A DNA stretch of 40,705 nt from a virus. This document shows, piece by piece, positions 14,923-21,618 of the stretch; the stretch's first letter is position 1, and each line of letters begins with the position of its first letter. The position numbers and the translations under genes are program-made. The notes below the pieces were generated by a model, which did no database searches, was not told the DNA's origin, and saw only the letters and a list, made by a program, of their open reading frames with translations. The DNA lies in IMG/VR virus record IMGVR_UViG_3300034354_000165; one strand, given 5' to 3'.

Positions 14923-15263
14923 AATGGTTAAAGAAATTATTTAGTTATGTATACCCAGAATCTCAATATGACTCTTTGGATACGTCTAATAATTCTGCTG
15001 ATTACATGATATGGCAATTATCACGAAAAACTCTCAGGCCTAGAGAAGGAAATCAGGGTGTCTTAATGGTGCTTAACGCATTGGATAATAGAGTTAAGGC
15101 ACTAGAAGTCGAGAGAAAAATAAAGCCTGATACCGAAATGTTGTGTACACATTGCAAAGAATCTTGGAGTAATTCCAGTTTCAGTTGGGATGATTTTGTA
15201 CCCTTGTGCCGCAAGTGCTACATTAAGAAAAGCTCACTATCTGGAAAAATGCCTCAGGTATGA
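14919..15263 (+). CDS. Hypothetical protein with a C-terminal CxxC...CxxC motif
   Basis: The track ORF opens at 14865. The ATG at 14919 (MKWLKK) gives ATGA coupling. Contains CTHCKESW...CRKC. Confidence 0.4.
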   Translation: MKWLKKLFSYVYPESQYDSLDTSNNSADYMIWQLSRKTLRPREGNQGVLMVLNALDNRVKALEVERKIKPDTEMLCTHCKESWSNSSFSWDDFVPLCRKCYIKKSSLSGKMPQV

Positions 15264-15649
15264 GCATCTGGTTTCTTATCTACTTGAAGATTACTCAACT
15301 GAGTCATCAGTGATTCAAAAGATTTTGTTACACCTTCGGCTACAATTTCATCAGTAACATTCTCTTTCTGATTCAGCCTTTGCTTCCCTAGCCAGATTAA
15401 GAGTGTGTTGTCCCCTTTCTTTGAAAGACCTAAAGCCTTGTCATATTGAGCTTTTCTTATTAAGGCTTCGCCAGTTGCTTTCTTTTGTGCTGAATAGGCA
15501 GAAAAACAGACTCCGCGTTCTTTGAGAACCCTGTCATAAAAAGTATCTGCATGCATCCCGAAAAATGCTGCTATTTCCGTTCCGGGACATCCACATGCTA
15601 AGAGTTCATCTGCCATTTCCCAATCGATGGGAATCAAATTCCGTGCCAT
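15254..15649 (-). CDS. HTH protein resembling terminase small subunits
   Basis: IDWEMADELLACGCPGTEIAAFFGMHADTFYDRV...LIWLGKQRLNQKE fits the HTH plus 'F/I-W-L-x-K-x-x-L' pattern of a terS family, recalled from memory. It is the last gene of the early strand block and points toward terL. Confidence 0.4.
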   Translation of the reverse strand: MARNLIPIDWEMADELLACGCPGTEIAAFFGMHADTFYDRVLKERGVCFSAYSAQKKATGEALIRKAQYDKALGLSKKGDNTLLIWLGKQRLNQKENVTDEIVAEGVTKSFESLMTQLSNLQVDKKPDAHT

Positions 15650-15651
15650 AA

Positions 15652-15897
15652 TTATCTTAAAATCATAGTTGCTTTTATTTTTATATCATCAGGAACTCCC
15701 TTAAATTCTTCAATAGCCTCTTTTACGCATTTGTCTATGACCGGGTCTTGTTCAGACATAGCTATTGGTTCATAGATCAGGAATTCTCTGGTAAGCTTGC
15801 GCTTTTCTTCATCTCGTATAGTCACTACTAGTTCAACTGACATCTTATACCTTTTTGTATTCTTCGATTTTGCTAATGCAGTAGCTCGAGACTGCAT
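15652..15897 (-). CDS. Hypothetical protein (81 aa; alternative ATG at 15843)
   Basis: ORF with plausible RBSs at both starts. No family recognised. Confidence 0.4.
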   Translation of the reverse strand: MQSRATALAKSKNTKRYKMSVELVVTIRDEEKRKLTREFLIYEPIAMSEQDPVIDKCVKEAIEEFKGVPDDIKIKATMILR

Positions 15898-15960
15898 ATA
15901 AATCCCCGCTAGTCTTGTAGTTAAGAATGCCGAGGTGTTTTAGGATTCTTTCGGCCTTCT

Positions 15961-16413
15961 TTATGTGATTAAGAGCTTCGGCAACACGGTATGCGCTTGA
16001 CTGCATGTGGTCTCCTTTTTTTCTCTGTTTGCTTTAATTTCTAGGGCTTTCTTACGAAGCTTTACACTTTTGCAGTAAGCGAAATAAACTACGGCGCTTA
16101 GCTCTTGTATTAGATACTTATTGCCTATTTTCTTACCGCAGTTTTGAAAAAACCAATCATCTTGTTTAAACATTTTAGCGACTGTGCTTGGATGACAGAG
16201 ATGAGTTCTCTCGTAAAATTCCATTAGAGTAATATAGGGCTCTTCTGACTTAATCTGATCTGTTGGCTCTAATCTCGTATAGAGTTCTATAAGGGATTTC
16301 ACCGCTTCCTTTAGAAGGTTATGAGCAGCAACGCCTTTAAGATGAAAGAGCGGATCAAGCGCATGAGATTCCTCAAATTTATTTAATGATTTTTTTAGGC
16401 CCTCTAAACTCAT
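15961..16413 (-). CDS. Hypothetical protein (150 aa)
   Basis: Clean ORF in the early block. No family recognised. Confidence 0.4.
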   Translation of the reverse strand: MSLEGLKKSLNKFEESHALDPLFHLKGVAAHNLLKEAVKSLIELYTRLEPTDQIKSEEPYITLMEFYERTHLCHPSTVAKMFKQDDWFFQNCGKKIGNKYLIQELSAVVYFAYCKSVKLRKKALEIKANREKKETTCSQAHTVLPKLLIT

Positions 16414-16422
16414 AAATTATCC

Positions 16423-17031
16423 TTAAAATATTCTGTTGAAAGAAAAAATTATTGATCTGTTGTTTTCGCACATGTGATCTAATACGGAATCTAAAAGCCT
16501 GACTTCAGCAGCGCAGTAGTAGGTATATGAAATGGATGTTCTAATGCCTGCGATTAATTGATAAGTATAGGCAAAGCTTCCTCCGCCTTCATAATCATAC
16601 CATGCCGAATCTTGGATAACATTGACGCTCCAGTTGGCGTATTGAGCTGTGCAACCTATTCCTGTGCCTACATATGGTTTAACAATTTTGTCGGTGGGAA
16701 ATTCAAATATTACATTGCCGATCACAGTAAGGGATGTTACATCTCCATGTACTGGTAAAACGAATTGACTTTCTTTCCCGTGAATTGTGATGTCACCAGT
16801 TTCGTTATAACGGTAGGAAATCTCCCCTTCTAATAGGATGTAGTCCTCGATTTTCTTTCCTATGCCAACACCAATTACTACGCCTGCACGAGTTTTCATT
16901 TTCGCTTCAGGGTAAATACTCATGGCAATGGAGTTATAGCCACCAAAAGCTCTAACTATGTAATCTGTCTCGTTTGCGCTCACTAAACATGTAGAGAAGA
17001 CCATCAAAGTGATCAGAATTTTTAACATCAT
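16423..17031 (-). CDS. Outer-membrane beta-barrel protein (OmpX/Ail/Lom-like size class)
   Basis: Signal peptide MMLKILITLMVFSTCLVSA. Alternating amphipathic strands, PYVGTGIG and FAYTYQLIAGI motifs, C-terminal ...FSFNRIF ending in Phe. 202 aa. Confidence 0.65.
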   Translation of the reverse strand: MMLKILITLMVFSTCLVSANETDYIVRAFGGYNSIAMSIYPEAKMKTRAGVVIGVGIGKKIEDYILLEGEISYRYNETGDITIHGKESQFVLPVHGDVTSLTVIGNVIFEFPTDKIVKPYVGTGIGCTAQYANWSVNVIQDSAWYDYEGGGSFAYTYQLIAGIRTSISYTYYCAAEVRLLDSVLDHMCENNRSIIFSFNRIF

Positions 17032-17139
17032 TTCCTCTATTATCCTTTTTTACGAAAGGAGGCTTATGGTTATGGGGTTTATTATTAAAATTATTACTAT
17101 GTTCTTCTTTTCCCGCTGTCCATCCTGACTTTGAAAAAT

Positions 17140-17382
17140 TCATAAAATGATCTCCACGTCGGCCGACATATGCTCTTTTATAATTTTTCTTTGTCTTGTC
17201 ATTTCATGTATATATTCTAACACCAAAACCATAGCCTCCTTGAATCCCTTGTAATATTCGTTGCCCTTTAGCTCTTCGTTCTTTAGAAGTTCAGCACGTA
17301 CAAACATCGCTATCTCAGTTTCAGCAATAAATCTTTCTGTTTCTCTGATTAAGTCCTCTGCTTCGTGATTCCATTCGTTCAT
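17140..17382 (-). CDS. Hypothetical protein (80 aa)
   Basis: ORF directly downstream of the 17413-17514 repeat array. Confidence 0.4.
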   Translation of the reverse strand: MNEWNHEAEDLIRETERFIAETEIAMFVRAELLKNEELKGNEYYKGFKEAMVLVLEYIHEMTRQRKIIKEHMSADVEIIL

Positions 17383-17412
17383 ATTTTTTCCCTATTTGTT
17401 TTTGATGCCTTC

Positions 17413-17514
17413 ATGTCCTTTTATGTCTCAAATATGTCAGATTGACATCTGAAAGACACATTAGATATGTCATATAGACTTATCAGATGTGTCTTTGTGA
17501 CATTACCGTGACAT
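17413..17514. repeat. Dense array of nine GACAY/RTGTC motifs (candidate centromere, operator or secondary origin)
   Basis: Motif starts are 17413, 17423, 17434, 17444, 17455, 17467, 17489, 17499 and 17510. Spacings are 10-12 or 22 bp. The array fills a 143-bp intergenic gap. Confidence 0.6.
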
Positions 17515-17525
17515 ATATTTAATTT

Positions 17526-17774
17526 CTACGGTTTTGCCACGTCTTTCCAGTTTTTTCTGTTTCTTTTTTTCTTTTTGGTAAACATCCATTCTTTTTCACA
17601 ACCCTTGATAACGATCAAATGCGGCGCAATAAAATAAATATTTGTATGTGCTCTCTCAATTCGATGTAGTATTTTGTTTGCAGCTTCAAAGGTAACATGT
17701 AACCTGAAGACCACATTGCTTTCGCTTAAACATCCAAGTGTATTTAAAACTTCGATCAGCCTGTCTAATTTCAT
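17526..17774 (-). CDS. Hypothetical protein (82 aa)
   Basis: Strong RBS AAAGGAGGGG before the ATG. Basic C-terminus. Confidence 0.5.
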   Translation of the reverse strand: MKLDRLIEVLNTLGCLSESNVVFRLHVTFEAANKILHRIERAHTNIYFIAPHLIVIKGCEKEWMFTKKKKRNRKNWKDVAKP

Positions 17775-17973
17775 TCGTTAGCCCCTCCTTTTGGGTTGGG
17801 CCTGACATCCATATCATAGCGTCCGATAATTACTCTTTTGTTTCCTCTTAACTATCTTAAACACATTGATATCCAATGATTTACACAGTCCGACCAAAAA
17901 CTTGGGCTAAATTTGTAATTCGAAATGCCCTCACAGATATGTGTGGATGGGTTGGTTTTATTTTTTATTTTTT

Positions 17974-18099
17974 TCATTTTTTCATCCAATTGATGGCATA
18001 TGTAACGCCCATTGCAATACCCAAAGCTCCGCCTGCCAAAAAGGCAACGGCAAAAACTCCAAACATTGAAAGATAAAATAAATAGTTTACGCCTTCCAT
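17974..18099 (-). CDS. Small single-pass membrane peptide (41 aa, not in the track)
   Basis: Hand translation: MEGVNYLFYLSMFGVFAVAFLAGGALGIAMGVTYAINWMKK. A GAGGTG RBS overlaps the stop of the upstream gene. Confidence 0.4.
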   Translation of the reverse strand: MEGVNYLFYLSMFGVFAVAFLAGGALGIAMGVTYAINWMKK

Positions 18100-18107
18100 T
18101 GTTCACC

Positions 18108-18452
18108 TCAAAATGGCAGTTCGTTAGTTGATTCAGGAAATGTGTCAAAGTTCATTGGCTCCAATCCTTCAATTCCATTCCTCTTACAATAATCCTTAAC
18201 ATTGTCACTTAAGCTTTCTAAAAGTTGTCCGTTGTAAATTTGTGTCTCAAACTCGAAGAACTTAAAAAAACTTGGCTGTCCATTAATTTCTCTTGAGAAA
18301 GAAGGATAGTTGAACCATCTCCTATCTCCGCTTTGGACATGAGCAATCTTTCTAAGCACTAAGACTGTTGGTTTCATAATAGGAACACGTATGTCTACAT
18401 AACCGATTGTTTTGTTCTTGTTCGCTGTCTCGTAATGAATCACTTCAACCAT
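18108..18452 (-). CDS. Small protein with an SSB-like C-terminal tip (114 aa)
   Basis: C-terminus ...LEPMNFDTFPESTNELPF compared with E. coli SSB ...EPPMDFDDDIPF. The N-terminal approximately 90 aa are not a canonical OB-fold SSB sequence, and show a weak SpoVG-like pattern. Confidence 0.5.
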   Translation of the reverse strand: MVEVIHYETANKNKTIGYVDIRVPIMKPTVLVLRKIAHVQSGDRRWFNYPSFSREINGQPSFFKFFEFETQIYNGQLLESLSDNVKDYCKRNGIEGLEPMNFDTFPESTNELPF

Positions 18453-18645
18453 TTTTCTTTCCTAATTTGATAAGTTCATATTTCAGATAGATTTCACATT
18501 GACGCTTCACAGTGTCGATAAACTCCATGAGTGCATAAATTTCGCTCGTGGAGTCATCGACCCTTTTTTTCTCTAATATCTTTATGTATTCAAGAAGCAC
18601 CTTAAATTGGTCCTTCACGGGCTCATAAATGCTTTTTTTGCTCAT
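18445..18645 (-). CDS. Hypothetical protein (66 aa)
   Basis: ORF in the early block with short overlaps on both neighbours. Confidence 0.4.
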   Translation of the reverse strand: MSKKSIYEPVKDQFKVLLEYIKILEKKRVDDSTSEIYALMEFIDTVKRQCEIYLKYELIKLGKKNG

Positions 18646-18952
18646 TGACTTTTCTTGTTAATTTTTTCGGCTCTCTCGACAACTTTGTCTCTTTTTTTAT
18701 CGGCTTTTTGGAGGTCTTTGATTTGGCTAATTTCTTTGGCTGAGTCTTTTTCGACGGTTTTTTTGATTCGTTTGATTTTTTTGTCCATGATTTTTCCTTG
18801 TGTTCTTCTATCGAGTTTTGAAGTTCCATAGCTCCCTGAAGCAGCCTTAGAACAGGTACTACACATTCAGTAACTATTAGCTCTGCTATGAAATTAAGTT
18901 TCTCATTGTCGCCTTCAATAATGACGGCTACATAAGGTTTGTTTTGGCTCAT
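18623..18952 (-). CDS. Protein with a Lys-rich, histone-H1-like C-terminal tail
   Basis: C-terminal half: KKSNESKKPSKKTQPKKLAKSKTSKKPIKKETKLSREPKKLTRK. ATGA coupling to the upstream gene. Confidence 0.45.
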   Translation of the reverse strand: MSQNKPYVAVIIEGDNEKLNFIAELIVTECVVPVLRLLQGAMELQNSIEEHKEKSWTKKSNESKKPSKKTQPKKLAKSKTSKKPIKKETKLSREPKKLTRKVNEQKKHL

Positions 18953-19128
18953 GCTTGTTTCCTTTGTTTTGGTAATTTTGCTGTTTTCTTTCTGGCTTCG
19001 CTCATTGCGATTGCCTTTGCTTGTTTATTATTCACGACAATAGGACCTTGTTTTGAGCCGCTATGTAAATCACCCATGTGAAATTCCTGCATCACTTTCG
19101 CAATTTTCTTCTGCTTTCTGTTCATCAT
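18949..19128 (-). CDS. DUF6496-like small protein
   Basis: KKIAKVMQEFHMGDLHSGSKQGPIVVNNKQAKAIAMSEARK matches a widespread small-protein family, recalled from memory. The ATG at 19128 gives an ATGA overlap (the track start is 19149). Confidence 0.45.
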   Translation of the reverse strand: MMNRKQKKIAKVMQEFHMGDLHSGSKQGPIVVNNKQAKAIAMSEARKKTAKLPKQRKQA

Positions 19129-19394
19129 GCGGCCTCTTCCTGTTTCCAAAAAAATACTGAATCATCTTGTCTAAGACGTATTCCTTCCCACCTCTGTCCA
19201 TTCCACCAACCTGGCACGATTTTTCTTTGTGTTTGCATTGACACAAGGTCGTATGGGTATGGTCTGTACACTTTTGCATCTGCCCATCCTTCTTCATTCA
19301 TTTTCACATCTTTCACTCCAAACCCGTCTTTCCCAATTTCAAACGGAGGCTGCATTTTGAGCCATCTTTTGGAGTATCGGATTCGTTTTCCCAT
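19125..19394 (-). CDS. Hypothetical protein (89 aa or shorter)
   Basis: ORF overlaps the upstream nuclease gene. The start is uncertain (Met codons at 19394, 19355 and 19301). Confidence 0.35.
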   Translation of the reverse strand: MGKRIRYSKRWLKMQPPFEIGKDGFGVKDVKMNEEGWADAKVYRPYPYDLVSMQTQRKIVPGWWNGQRWEGIRLRQDDSVFFWKQEEAA

Positions 19395-19785
19395 TCTTTA
19401 TAAACCACTCACTATCAACTATAATTAGTTCTTCTTCGGGGTAGTATTTTCGGAATCTTTTGATTTTAGTCCTACTCTTGCTATCGAAATAACCTTTGAC
19501 CTCCACCCAATAGTGCCCTCCAGAGGGTCTCGTGACTTTAAAATCTGGGAGATAGCTTCTTGTTCCTCTTTTAATTTGCTCGAACCAGAACGTTTGTGGT
19601 TCGTGCTCCCACTCTTGGATGATGTTTTGTTCCTTAAGCCATTGGAGGTATTGGGCGTATCTAAGCTCCCACTTTGATCTAAAGTAGATCCTTCTCTCAG
19701 CAACATGTTTCCATCCAATTTGGGGGCGATAACTTCGTGATTTTCGAGGCAGTTTCAGATCGATCGGGTGGTAGCGAGTACTCAC
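19339..19785 (-). CDS. PD-(D/E)XK nuclease (DUF1064/TnsA-N-like), possible junction resolvase
   Basis: FRSKWELRYAQYL...YLPDFKV...WVEVKG pattern (D...E-x-K). GTG start with a GGAGGGG RBS. Confidence 0.5.
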   Translation of the reverse strand: MSTRYHPIDLKLPRKSRSYRPQIGWKHVAERRIYFRSKWELRYAQYLQWLKEQNIIQEWEHEPQTFWFEQIKRGTRSYLPDFKVTRPSGGHYWVEVKGYFDSKSRTKIKRFRKYYPEEELIIVDSEWFIKNGKTNPILQKMAQNAASV

Positions 19786-20008
19786 ATTCCCCTCCGTTTT
19801 TGGATTTGTTTAACCATTCGATAACGCATTCTTTTGGGATGACAATTCTTTTCCCCATTTTGAAATAATCCGGGAAAGAATGTGCCAATCTAGCTACTCT
19901 TGCAGCTTGGGGCGATGCATATAAACCCGCTTTGATTAAGTCTTTTACGCAACATTGTTCAGGTAATTTTTCTGCTATCTTTTTGATATATTTCTCGCAC
20001 GCTGTCAT
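19697..20008 (-). CDS. Excisionase/MerR-type HTH protein (103 aa)
   Basis: ...FKMGKRIVIPKECVIEWL resembles an HTH_17-like C-terminal signature. ATGA overlap with the rep gene. Its 3' end overlaps the nuclease gene by 89 nt. Confidence 0.45.
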   Translation of the reverse strand: MTACEKYIKKIAEKLPEQCCVKDLIKAGLYASPQAARVARLAHSFPDYFKMGKRIVIPKECVIEWLNKSKNGGECEYSLPPDRSETASKITKLSPPNWMETCC

Positions 20009-21021
20009 AGAACGCCTCGTGTTTTTAAAAACTTTTCTACCACTTCTCTAAATCCGTTTTCACCATATCCAATCACAATATTTTGTCTTCTTTCTTTATC
20101 GTCTAAATAAACGCAATTCTCTCCTAATCTGAAGCTTAAGCCATTCATCTCTTCCAATTTATCTTTTACGGTAGCAAACATAAGTCGAGCCCATTGGATA
20201 TTAGATTTTTGAATTTTTAGCTGTATGTCTTCTTTTTGTTGTTTTTCTTGAGCAGGTTTCTTTTTGCTTATTTCTAGCCAAATAGTTGCAAAATGTTTTC
20301 TTAGCTTTTGAGGAGAAATTACAGCCTGACTCCAAGTAAAATCCGATTTGGGGTTGGTGTGCTGTTCGGCTATGTATTCAATTATTTTTGTAATTTCCTC
20401 TTCGGAACGACCGTCTTTTTCGATCAAGAGCTTCATTTCTTTAGCCCATTGAGAAAGATTCGTAGGTTTAATCTTTGGATTCATTTCCTTCAATTTTTCA
20501 AAAAAGAAAGAAGTGATGCGTCCGAACGGTAGTTCGGACAAAGGAGGCGAGGCCGACATATATCTTTCTTTTTCTTTTGATGGTCTTTCTTTTGTATGGT
20601 CAACTTTTGACCTACCCTCGGTCAACTTTTGACCTACCCCTAGGTCAGATTTTGACCCACCCCCACCCAAATTTTGGTTAGGGGTGTCTGAATATATGGT
20701 ATCCAAGGGCTTATCGATTTTTAGACGATATGAATTTGGCTTAAATCCATACTCATCTTTGTTTTGGAGCTTCTGAACTAAACCAACTTCTTCAAGCTCT
20801 TCAATGGCTGTTTGAATAGTATTTTTACTCAGCCCAGATTGATTACAAAGTTGAGTCTTGGAAATTTCATCTGTAGATTTATGCCATCCAAAGATTTTGC
20901 GGCACATGATAAGCAATACTATTCCAGCGGCTGGCTTTAATCTGGCCAACCAATAATCAAAGACAACATTTGGAATCTGTGTATAATTTGGAGGTTCAAT
21001 TTCTTTTGATGATACAGACAT
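20005..21021 (-). CDS. Replication initiator, lambda O-like (Phage_rep_O N-terminal wHTH)
   Basis: YTQIPNVVFDYWLARLKPAAGIVLLIMCRKIFGWHKSTDEISKTQLCNQSGLSKNTIQTAIEELEEVGLV matches the rep-O N-terminal pattern. Iterons lie in its linker-coding region. Confidence 0.7.
   Translation of the reverse strand: MSVSSKEIEPPNYTQIPNVVFDYWLARLKPAAGIVLLIMCRKIFGWHKSTDEISKTQLCNQSGLSKNTIQTAIEELEEVGLVQKLQNKDEYGFKPNSYRLKIDKPLDTIYSDTPNQNLGGGGSKSDLGVGQKLTEGRSKVDHTKERPSKEKERYMSASPPLSELPFGRITSFFFEKLKEMNPKIKPTNLSQWAKEMKLLIEKDGRSEEEITKIIEYIAEQHTNPKSDFTWSQAVISPQKLRKHFATIWLEISKKKPAQEKQQKEDIQLKIQKSNIQWARLMFATVKDKLEEMNGLSFRLGENCVYLDDKERRQNIVIGYGENGFREVVEKFLKTRGVL
20598..20662. promoter_or_regulatory. Origin iterons: 3 x 20 bp GGTCA(A/G)(C/A)TTTTGACC(T/C)ACCC
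   Basis: Copies at 20598-20617, 20620-20639 and 20643-20662 (22-23 bp register). Each contains a GGTCA...TGACC inverted repeat. A T-rich tract at 20558-20597 is adjacent. Confidence 0.65.
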
Positions 21022-21112
21022 ATTTTACGTTTTCCGTTAAAATAGAGTCTGTTAGGGATTTTTCTTCTTAATCGAAAATTAACGTATATTATCAGACGTT
21101 AACTTTTCGCCC

Positions 21113-21505
21113 CTAACAACCTATTTTTTCATTTGTTTTTATTCGGCTTAATGCCATATTTCCCCACGTCCATGTGATGTCGGTATTAAGCGTTTCTTTG
21201 TTTACGCTTAGGACTTTATTCATGTGGTCTTTTTGTATCTTTACAGACCGAGAAGTTTCCTCATTTTTGTTAGTTCGTTGTACGCCCCCGTCATCGGGGG
21301 CGTTTTTCTTTTGCGAATCTCTGCTAAAAATGTTTCTATAAATTTGGTAAACATGGTAAATGTTGTGAAAATGTGTTACATCTGCTAAGATGTGACCATT
21401 GACATCTTCAACTTTAATCGGTTGTATGTTTGTCGCAAAAAGCACGGGGCCTTTTTTTGGTTCACGAGTTTTGAAAGAGTAAGGGCTTAAAAAGCACTTA
21501 AGCAT
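21113..21505 (-). CDS. Questionable ORF (130 aa) between the cro-like and rep genes
   Basis: Open frame in a cII-like position with a weak AAGG RBS. However, it contains a strong plus-strand terminator hairpin and no recognisable domain. Confidence 0.3.
   Translation of the reverse strand: MLKCFLSPYSFKTREPKKGPVLFATNIQPIKVEDVNGHILADVTHFHNIYHVYQIYRNIFSRDSQKKNAPDDGGVQRTNKNEETSRSVKIQKDHMNKVLSVNKETLNTDITWTWGNMALSRIKTNEKIGC
21282..21312 (+). terminator. Intrinsic terminator oriented on the plus strand (orphan)
   Basis: acgcccccg-tcat-cgggggcgt (9-bp GC stem) followed by tttttctttt. There is no A-tract upstream, so it is unidirectional. Confidence 0.6.
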
Positions 21506-21588
21506 TGTAAATGACCTTCGGGTCCAACATTATTTTCTGTTTCAAAAACGCCTGCCAGCAATTTGGGAAACAGTAAGTCACTACTACT

Positions 21589-21618
21589 AGTGGGGGTCTC
21601 TTTCTAGAGACCCTCACT
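21589..21618. other. 13-bp-stem hairpin in the cro-like/ORF130 intergenic region
   Basis: agtgggggtctct-ttct-agagaccctcact. The single non-Watson-Crick pair is G.U on the plus transcript and A.C on the minus transcript. Confidence 0.4.

Noticed and set aside
16952-17143. 63-aa ORF overlapping the start of the OMP gene by 80 nt
   Set aside because: An ATGA coupling to the upstream gene argues for it. However, the long overlap with the OMP signal-peptide region and its N/K/H-rich low complexity make it uncertain, so it is not listed as a feature.
17852-18148. 98-aa minus-strand ORF and 66-aa plus-strand ORF (17876..18076)
   Set aside because: Their composition is implausible (Cys/Phe/Arg-rich). 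The 98-aa ORF overlaps the end of the upstream gene. A 41-aa TM peptide in another frame, with a good RBS, explains the region better.
19697-19785. 89-nt out-of-frame overlap between the 103-aa HTH ORF and the nuclease gene, as a possible programmed frameshift
   Set aside because: There is no slippery heptamer or downstream structure. The nuclease has its own GTG start with a strong GGAGGGG RBS, so a simple overlap, or a non-essential tail on the HTH ORF, is more likely.
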